Below, piece by piece: positions 27,702 through 34,003 of a DNA stretch of 34,003 bases. Every line of letters starts with the position of its first letter. Positions within the stretch are counted from its first letter, which is position 1. The translations under genes and the position numbers were made by a program. The notes beneath the pieces were generated by a model. It saw nothing but the letters and a program-made list of their open reading frames with translations. It was not told the DNA's origin and made no database searches. The stretch is from Nitrospinota bacterium (lineage in GTDB: Bacteria; JADFOP01): positions 1-34,003 of the forward strand of contig JADFOP010000020.1 of the NCBI GenBank assembly GCA_022562795.1, written 5' to 3'.

Positions 27702-27891
27702 CCGTTTGTTCCTCCTTCTTGCCGGCAAGGCAAGGGGCTCCTGAGAGCGGCAGGGACTAAATTAGTCGAGGGCTCCGCCGGTGTCAACCGCCTTTCAGCC
27801 GCCCGCCGTTGTTGGAGGTAGGTTTCGTCTGCTATAATCCTTTAAACCTTGAAGATGCTAGAGCGTTTACCATATGTAGAAGGGAGTCACA

Positions 27892-29310
27892 ATGGCTGGC
27901 GCGAAGACGTTAAAGAGCAGGCTGGACCTCAACTTCTGTTTGGCGACCTTCCTGGGAAAGGAGGCGGGCCTGACGGCCGCCGAGTGGCGAAAAGGCCTTG
28001 GGAGTTTGGAGAGGGCCCATCGAGTACTAGAGGCCGAGCGGCTCGCCGGGCTCCAGGCCTGGCGGAAGCTCCCCGCCGACAAGGCCCTCGCACGCCGCAT
28101 CACCGACCACGCCTCGGCCCTGGCCCGACGGTTTGAGGCCTTCGTCGTTGTAGGAATCGGAGGAAGCGCGCTAGGTAGCATCATGCTCCAGACAGCCTTG
28201 GCCCACCCCTTTTACAACGAGGACCGCCGGCTTAGGAGAGGCCGGCCCCGCGTGTTCGTGGCCGACAACGTAGACCCGGCCCTCATCGGTGGGCTACTTG
28301 ATACGCTGGATTTAAAGAAGACCTGCTTCAACGTCATCACCAAGAGTGGCGCCACGGCTGAGACGATGGCCACCTACCTCATCATCCGCGACCGGCTCCG
28401 TCGGCGGGTGGGCCGCCGGTGGCCGGAGCACATCATTGCCACGACCGACCCGAGCAGGGGCCATTTGCGGGAGGCGGCCGAGGCCGAAGGCTACGCCACG
28501 TACCCCATCCCGCCGGCCGTGGGAGGGCGCTTCAGCGTGCTTTCGGCCGTGGGGCTTCTCCCTGCCGCCGTTGCGGGCATCGACATCACGGCTCTCCTGG
28601 GCGGAGCTGGACGGGCGGAGAGGGCGCTTTCCGCCATGCCGCCCAGAGAGAACCCGGCCTACGTCTTCGCCCTCGCCTGCTACCTTTTCGACCGCCTGCG
28701 GGGTGTGCGGATTAACGTGCTGATGCCCTACTCCCAGCCGCTTAAGGACCTTGCCGACTGGTTTCGGCAGCTTTGGGCCGAGAGCCTGGGAAAGGCTGTT
28801 GACCGGCGAGGCAAACCGGTCGGGGTGGGCCTCACCCCGGTTCGGGCCCTAGGGGCCACCGACCAGCATTCCCAGCTACAGCTCTACGCCGAGGGGCCAC
28901 ACGACAAGCTCGTCTGCTTCGTTACGGTGGAAGAGGCAGGCCGAGACCTCAAGATTCCGAGGGCGGCAGGCCCCTTGGCAGGGTTGTCCTACTTGGGCGG
29001 GGAGAGCCTCGGGGGGCTCTTGAACGCAGAGGCTCGGGGCACTGAGGCGGCCCTGGCGAAGGCGGCTCGTCCCTCTATGCGGCTCACTATTCCTCGGGTA
29101 GACCCCGACACGGTGGGCGAGCTGATCCTCTTCTTCGAGGTAGCCACCGCCTGCGCCGGGGCCCTCTACAATATCAACCCCTACGACCAGCCCGGCGTGG
29201 AGGCGAGCAAACGGGCCACTTACGGGCTGATGGGCCGAGAGGGCTTCGCCGAGGAGGCTGAGGAGGTTGCCCGCCTTGAAGCGCGCAAGCTCCCCGATTA
29301 CGTTCTCTGA
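27892..29310 (+). CDS. pgi: Glucose-6-phosphate isomerase
   Basis: GIGGSALG, TKSG.T.ET, VGGRFS, QLWAESLGK, DQHS, YDQPGVEASK. Confidence 0.95.
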   Translation: MAGAKTLKSRLDLNFCLATFLGKEAGLTAAEWRKGLGSLERAHRVLEAERLAGLQAWRKLPADKALARRITDHASALARRFEAFVVVGIGGSALGSIMLQTALAHPFYNEDRRLRRGRPRVFVADNVDPALIGGLLDTLDLKKTCFNVITKSGATAETMATYLIIRDRLRRRVGRRWPEHIIATTDPSRGHLREAAEAEGYATYPIPPAVGGRFSVLSAVGLLPAAVAGIDITALLGGAGRAERALSAMPPRENPAYVFALACYLFDRLRGVRINVLMPYSQPLKDLADWFRQLWAESLGKAVDRRGKPVGVGLTPVRALGATDQHSQLQLYAEGPHDKLVCFVTVEEAGRDLKIPRAAGPLAGLSYLGGESLGGLLNAEARGTEAALAKAARPSMRLTIPRVDPDTVGELILFFEVATACAGALYNINPYDQPGVEASKRATYGLMGREGFAEEAEEVARLEARKLPDYVL

Positions 29311-29373
29311 AGGCCTAATATGCCTCGATAACATATTGAGTTTAGAATTCTTATAGTCCGAGGAGGCGCTCCC

Positions 29374-29673
29374 ATGCCGCTATACACCCCCGAAGCAAAG
29401 GAGAGAGCCAAGCAGGTGGAGGCCGCTGTGGTGGCGGCCATCGTCCACCAGTGGCTAGTCCGCGTTCAGGCTTATTCCGAGCAGACGATCCAGAGCAAGC
29501 GGGAAGAGCTGCAGGCCAAAGAGGGGAGAGACGAGGAGACTATAACCAAGCTCAACGAATGGCTTAGCTATCATCGCTTCAACGCCTACACTCTTAAAGA
29601 GATCGAGGAGGGAGGGCTGGACGAGTGGTTTCAGGATCTCTTCGAGCCGCCCAGGTCGTCCCCCGAGGGCTGA
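29374..29673 (+). CDS. Hypothetical helical protein
   Basis: GGAGG RBS; 99 aa filling the gap between pgi and the convergent radical SAM gene. Confidence 0.7.
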   Translation: MPLYTPEAKERAKQVEAAVVAAIVHQWLVRVQAYSEQTIQSKREELQAKEGRDEETITKLNEWLSYHRFNAYTLKEIEEGGLDEWFQDLFEPPRSSPEG

Positions 29674-29725
29674 GAAGGCCGTTTTTCTTCTCTACTTAAA
29701 GAAAGTGGGGTAAGGACACTCGCCG

Positions 29726-30688
29726 TCACGTGGGGCGGCGAAGACGGCCCCCATTGTCGAAACGATAGAGACCCGCTTCTTTGGCAAATCGGAAGGCTTC
29801 GGCCAGTTCCTTCGAGGTGATACGGCGGTTGATATCGCTGTATCTATCGAACTTGACCACCCTTCCGGCCGGGTAGTACTGGTCCATGATGTTGACGTAC
29901 GTATGAGGGGAGATCTCGTCGGCTAGAAACCGCATAATCTCCCGGGTCTCGTCGAGCCCCCCAGGCATAACCAAGTGACGCACGAGCAGCCCCCGGCGGG
30001 CAAGCCCTCTCTCATCGAACTCTAAATGCCCAACCTGGCGGTACATCTCCTTCACCGCCGCCCGCGCAGTCGCAGGGTATTTCGGTGACTTGAGGTAGTG
30101 TTTCGAGGTCTCCTCGTCCCAGTACTTGAAGTCGGGCATGTAGATATCGACTATGCCGTCCAAGTGGTGGAGGCTCTCAAGGGAGTCGAAGGCGCTCGTG
30201 TTGTAGACGATGGGGAGCCGCAGCCCGCCGCGGATCGCATGGGGAAACGCTTCGATGACCTGCGGCGCCACATGCTCTGGTGTGACAAAGTTTATGTTGT
30301 GGCACCCCATCGCCTGGAGCTCCAGCATCATTTCGGCCAACCGCTCGGGGGTCACCTCCTGGCCGGCTTCCTGCTGGCTGATGTCGTAATTCTGGCAAAA
30401 GACGCACTTGAGGTTGCACCAGGCGAAGAAGATCGTCCCGCTCCCGTTCCAGCCTTGGAGGCAACCTTCCTCACCGAAATGAGGGAAGTGGCTGGCCACT
30501 TTTGAATAGCGGCCCGTCCGACATACCTTCTTCTCGTCCTTGAGACGGTTGACGTCACAGTCCCACGGGCAGACCCGGCACTTCTCTAGAGAGGCTAAAG
30601 CCTCCTCGACGCGCCGCTCCAGCTCGCCGGACTCGTAGAGCCGGACGTAATTTGGCTCGTAGCCCGCAGCCACCTGGGTAGAGAACAT
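29726..30688 (-). CDS. PflX-like radical SAM protein
   Basis: CRVCPWDC, HFGEE, GSGTIFF, CNLKCVFCQN, NINFVTP, DIYMPDFKY, VRHLVMP, NIMDQY. Confidence 0.92.
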   Translation of the reverse strand: MFSTQVAAGYEPNYVRLYESGELERRVEEALASLEKCRVCPWDCDVNRLKDEKKVCRTGRYSKVASHFPHFGEEGCLQGWNGSGTIFFAWCNLKCVFCQNYDISQQEAGQEVTPERLAEMMLELQAMGCHNINFVTPEHVAPQVIEAFPHAIRGGLRLPIVYNTSAFDSLESLHHLDGIVDIYMPDFKYWDEETSKHYLKSPKYPATARAAVKEMYRQVGHLEFDERGLARRGLLVRHLVMPGGLDETREIMRFLADEISPHTYVNIMDQYYPAGRVVKFDRYSDINRRITSKELAEAFRFAKEAGLYRFDNGGRLRRPT

Positions 30689-30782
30689 TTCACCATTCCC
30701 ATCTATGCGTTGTCTCTATTCAAATTTAATATGTAAAGGACCTTTTGTAAAGCAAATCCTCACAGACCGGGGAGTAGCGTAA

Positions 30783-31015
30783 GCCAGGTGGGCGTGGGTC
30801 TTCGGCCAGAGCCTGCCACTGTCTGGGAAGCCCGTCAAGGATATTCGGGGAGCCTGGAAGGCGGCTTGTAGGGCGGTAGGGTTGGAAGGTAAGCTCTTTC
30901 ACGACCTTCGGAGGACCGCTGTATGGATGCCTATCACGCCTCAATGGGCACAATCTCCGGCAATGTGAGAGTTGCAGAGCGGATTATTGAGGACGTTCAG
31001 GCGGGTTTAAGGTAA
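30783..31015 (+). pseudogene. Tyrosine integrase fragment
   Basis: From 30795: WVFGQSLPLSGKPVKDIRGAWKAACRAVGLEGKLFHDLRRTAV (HxLR box); in-frame TAA at 30780; second His and catalytic Tyr region missing. Confidence 0.8.
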
Positions 31016-31097
31016 GGGCAATTTCTGATGAAATATTAACTAACGGAATTGCTCGCATAGTGCATATTTCATCGTGAAATAGAAACTAGGTAATATC

Positions 31098-31418
31098 TCA
31101 AATCTCCCAGGCGTCGATCCCCCCCTCAAGAACCGAGACTTTTAGAAAACCCTTTTCTCTCATCCTGGCCGCCGAACTGGCGGCCGAGCCTTCGCCAGGT
31201 CAGGTTCAATAGAAAACGATATCCTGTTCCGGGTTTAGAACAACATACCGCTGGTGGAGCACTACCTTTGGGATCGAGATGGCCCCCGGCACGCGGTGGT
31301 CGTTGAAGCTTTCTACCCTACGGACATCTACGATAACCAGGTCTGCTTCCTTCTGTTTAAGCTCCCTGATTGCCTGGGGGGTGATACGTGGAATTTCCTC
31401 TGCAAGCACCGTCGTCAT
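31098..31418 (-). CDS. Single-domain rhodanese, predicted double selenoprotein (Y-U-T-U-P), 106 aa
   Basis: IVDVR, HRVPGAISIP, DIVFY, then TGA-ACC-TGA, then in frame PGEGSAASSAARMREKGFLKVSVLEGGIDAWEI*; GGAGGTG RBS. Confidence 0.85.
31164..31199 (-). promoter_or_regulatory. Candidate bacterial SECIS hairpin for the rhodanese
   Basis: GGCCGCC-AGTTC-GGCGGCC 7-bp stem with loop 21 and 27 nt after the two UGAs; possible lower stem CCTGG/CCAGG. Confidence 0.7.
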
Positions 31419-31542
31419 TGGGAATCACCTCCTTTTGGGACGATAATTTCCTTTTGAAAAGGATACTACTACCTCCTGGAAGCCCCCCAAGAGAGGGACA
31501 GGTCCCAAAACCTTTTGGGATAATCTGCTTCTATCTATTTGC

Positions 31543-31893
31543 CTAACCCTCGTTAATCAGCCCAAGAAGTTCGTTGGCGGTATCACCATGTAAGTCTTTG
31601 AGAATGTTATACTCTTTCACTGCGCCCTCTCGGTTGCCGATTCTATGGTAAGCTAGGCCCAAATTATAGTGCGCCCCGACAAGGTCGGGCTTCAGAAGTA
31701 TCGCCACCTTGAATGCCATCACCGCTTCTTCGTAGCGGCCAAGATTCCCGTAAGCCGATCCCAAGTTATAGTGGGCCTCGGCATCGTCAGGCTTAAGGCG
31801 AATCGCTTCCTTGTACGACGCTTTTGCATCCTCGTGATGCCCTGAACGAAGTCCCTTAAGCCCCTGTTCTAGCAGCGAAGAAAGGTCTTCCAT
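31543..31893 (-). CDS. Small TPR protein
   Basis: AEAHYNLG, GAHYNLG, YKEAIRLKPD. Confidence 0.85.
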   Translation of the reverse strand: MEDLSSLLEQGLKGLRSGHHEDAKASYKEAIRLKPDDAEAHYNLGSAYGNLGRYEEAVMAFKVAILLKPDLVGAHYNLGLAYHRIGNREGAVKEYNILKDLHGDTANELLGLINEG

Positions 31894-31929
31894 CAAGTAG
31901 GCTCCGTTTATCGATTATTAGGGCTGGAT

Positions 31930-31969
31930 AAATTCTACCACAGGCCAGGCGAGCGGGGGTAGGAGGATG
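31930..31969 (-). repeat. ~40-bp promoter-like repeat, copy 1
   Basis: aaattctaccacaggccaggcgagcgggggtaggaggatg; minus strand contains TGGTAGAAT. Confidence 0.65.
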
Positions 31970-32038
31970 TAGCTGTGTGGGCTAAGGAGAGAGACTTGCT
32001 CCGCTTAACCTATTGTTTCGTAAACTCAGGACTGAATT

Positions 32039-33526
32039 TTACGTTCCACAGAAAGTGGCTTTTATCTCTTCTTCCGGCAGTGGAGCTGCTCCATAAGAAT
32101 CCAGATCCGGTTGATGCTTATAAGGGTTTATTAGAACTTTATTTATTTCATTAAAAACCGAGAGGTCACCGTCTATTGCACTTTGTATGGCCCTTTCCAC
32201 CTGATGATTTCGAGGGATATACAGAGGATTGAGGCGATTCATTTTTTCTTTAATAGTAGCAATGTCTATATTATCCTTCTTCAATCTTTTCCTCCAAGCC
32301 TGTACGAAATTTTCAAATTCGCTCGAAGGGCTAAATCGCAAATTTATGTGTTTTTCATTCACCTCCAACAAACCCGAAAGCTTTCTAAAAGAGAGAGTGA
32401 AGTCGAGCTTTTCTTTTTCTAAAATATCAAGCCACATCACAATTAATTTTTCATCTTCATTCTTAGTGGAGGGACTTGAAACAATACCCAGTTTTGCGGC
32501 CATTCGTTTGTGCCACTCACTTGTAAAAAGATCGCTGATCGTTGCTAATTCGTTATTTAACAACTCTATTGCTTTGTCATCGTTCGAATCCACCAGGGGA
32601 ATGAGGCAATCGGCTAGTCGACATAGATTCCAATGGACGATCGTTCTTTGGTTTTTATAACAGTAACGTCCATGTGAATCTATATAGCTGTATACTTGAT
32701 CGAAGTTAAAATGATCCATAAAAGCACAGGGACCATAATCCATGGTTTCTCCTGAAACCGTCATATTATCCGTATTCATCACTCCGTGGATAAAACCCAG
32801 ACTCATCCAATTCCCCACCAGAGGGACTTGCGCTTCAATTACTTTTTTTAAAAATAAAATAGCTGGGTTTAATGCTTCTGAACTTTCTTGAATTGCTGTT
32901 TTAATTTCTGGATAATGACGCTCGATCGAATAATCCAGCAGGGTTTTTAATCCCTCGAGGTCACCTTTGCCGGCAAAGTATTGGAAAGTACCTATACGTA
33001 TATGACTGGCTGCGACCCGGGTAAATACTGCGCCTGGAAGTGCCTCCTGGCGGTAAACCATATCACCCGTAGCGACAGCGGCCAAAGCTCTCGTCGTGGG
33101 CACTCCCAAGTGATGCATTGCTTCACTTACAATATATTCACGAATCACCGGGCCCAGGGCGGAGTATCCATCGCCATTTCTAGAAAATAATGTCGGTCCG
33201 GATCCTTTAAATTGAATATCAAAGCGTTTGCCCTTTGGATCGAGGACCTCTCCCAGAAGCATTGCCCGCCCATCTCCAAGCTGAGGGACAAAATTTCCAA
33301 ACTGATGTCCCCCATAGGTCATAGCAATAAAATGAGAGCCTTCGAGAAGTTTTTGTCCGCAAAAGATTTCGGCCAGACTTGTAGCGTCTTGCTCTCCCAG
33401 GTTTAAGCCCAATTCACTGGCTAGCTTTTCATTAAATGCCAATAGCTTCGGGTTTGAGAAACTTTCTGGAGTGGCCTCTGCGAAAAACCTCCCGGGCAGG
33501 GCGTCATAGGTATTATTAAATTTCAT
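32039..33526 (-). CDS. selO: Protein adenylyltransferase SelO (YdiU)
   Basis: YGGHQFG, QLGDGRA, KGSG.T.FSR.GDG, REY, GFIHGVMNTDN, DYGP, NPLYIPRNH, C-terminal FCGT; AT-richer than core. Confidence 0.95.
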   Translation of the reverse strand: MKFNNTYDALPGRFFAEATPESFSNPKLLAFNEKLASELGLNLGEQDATSLAEIFCGQKLLEGSHFIAMTYGGHQFGNFVPQLGDGRAMLLGEVLDPKGKRFDIQFKGSGPTLFSRNGDGYSALGPVIREYIVSEAMHHLGVPTTRALAAVATGDMVYRQEALPGAVFTRVAASHIRIGTFQYFAGKGDLEGLKTLLDYSIERHYPEIKTAIQESSEALNPAILFLKKVIEAQVPLVGNWMSLGFIHGVMNTDNMTVSGETMDYGPCAFMDHFNFDQVYSYIDSHGRYCYKNQRTIVHWNLCRLADCLIPLVDSNDDKAIELLNNELATISDLFTSEWHKRMAAKLGIVSSPSTKNEDEKLIVMWLDILEKEKLDFTLSFRKLSGLLEVNEKHINLRFSPSSEFENFVQAWRKRLKKDNIDIATIKEKMNRLNPLYIPRNHQVERAIQSAIDGDLSVFNEINKVLINPYKHQPDLDSYGAAPLPEEEIKATFCGT

Positions 33527-33566
33527 TCGGCTCTCAATTCACTTTGCCATTGAGTATACCCACTAG

Positions 33567-33683
33567 TCATACTATAGACTTTTTCAAATCCTCTGTCATT
33601 AAAAAAGCTGCCAGTTGAGCGAAAACTAAAACCACTATGCACAACAACGCAATATTTTTAGAGGATTTAATGGTTTTCATCAT
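33567..33683 (-). CDS. Small ORF, 38 aa, one hydrophobic segment (small membrane protein or truncated N-terminus)
   Basis: GGAGG-TTTA-ATG; MMKTIKSSKNIALLCIVVLVFAQLAAFLMTEDLKKSIV*; 38 nt downstream of repeat copy 2. Confidence 0.45.
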   Translation of the reverse strand: MMKTIKSSKNIALLCIVVLVFAQLAAFLMTEDLKKSIV

Positions 33684-33720
33684 TAAACCTCCATTATAAT
33701 TTGTATAACGGGGAGTTGTG

Positions 33721-33759
33721 AAATTATATCATAACCAGGCGTGTGGGGGTAGGTGAATG
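33721..33759 (-). repeat. ~40-bp promoter-like repeat, copy 2
   Basis: aaattatatcataaccaggcgtgtgggggtaggtgaatg; minus strand contains TGATATAAT. Confidence 0.65.
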
Positions 33760-34003
33760 CCATCTATCTTTTTTATGCTCCGTCCGGCAGGGGTCTGGTG
33801 ACCACTACCTCACCCTCTAGCCTTGCCTTTCGGTAGTGTTCTGTGTCCGACAGACGATCTTGTGCGCTTTTCGGAGTGCTTTCGCTTAGGGGGGGAAATT
33901 ACTATTTCAACCGAAATATGCCCCTGGGAGGCAGGGGAGCATCATGGCCGAGCTGAAATCATCCAGGCGGCTCAGCCTTTCGTCTGGGGCGGAACGTAGC
34001 CCT

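Noticed and set aside
31086-31100. Third in-frame TGA at the rhodanese end as another Sec
   Set aside because: Follows the terminal GGxxAW motif, is not a Cys position, has no downstream hairpin, and TAG follows after three codons
32039-32053. SelO as a selenoprotein
   Set aside because: Ends F-C-G-T-TAA with no in-frame UGA, so it is the Cys form
1-34003. Genome-wide UGA reassignment (Trp or Gly) as the explanation for in-frame TGAs
   Set aside because: M28 peptidase, xseA, folD, NUDIX, miaA, nadC and pgi all end in TGA at expected C-termini, and the internal TGAs fall at Cys-equivalent positions
1-34003. CRISPR array, tRNA or rRNA genes
   Set aside because: No regularly spaced repeat-spacer series and no cloverleaf or rRNA-like segment recognised
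33944-34003. Possible ORF start at the window edge (GGGGAG...ATGGCCGAG)
   Set aside because: Only 20 codons visible with no recognisable motif

Overview
Bacterial chromosomal window with a GC-rich core and visibly AT-richer patches (~20.2-20.5 kb, ~23.1-24.1 kb, ~31-33.8 kb). Housekeeping content: folD-xseA-xseB-ispA-dxs-tlyA operon (-), NUDIX plus TMTC-like GT-C/TPR protein, ihfB-miaA followed by a shikimate kinase-NusG/UpxY fusion, arsC, GH18-like protein, a cupredoxin-like protein plus two DUF799-like paralogs, DUF885, DUF4139, LPG-synthase-like membrane protein, panE, nadC, pgi, PflX-like radical SAM, a TPR protein and selO. Unusual items: (1) one ORF fusing shikimate kinase to a complete NusG-paralog antiterminator; (2) two probable selenoproteins split by the ORF caller, a rhodanese with two in-frame UGAs (Y-U-T-U-P) plus a SECIS-like hairpin, and a membrane-anchored thioredoxin with U-P-N-C; (3) two intact ORFs that look catalytically degenerate (DXS lacking several active-site residues, radical SAM lacking CxxxCxxC); (4) an orphan att-like site flanked by REP-like repeats, an integrase relic, a duplicated promoter-like cassette, and a candidate terminator/antiterminator leader before a minimal kinase. 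No rRNA, tRNA or CRISPR array seen. All family calls are from motif recognition by eye, not database searches.
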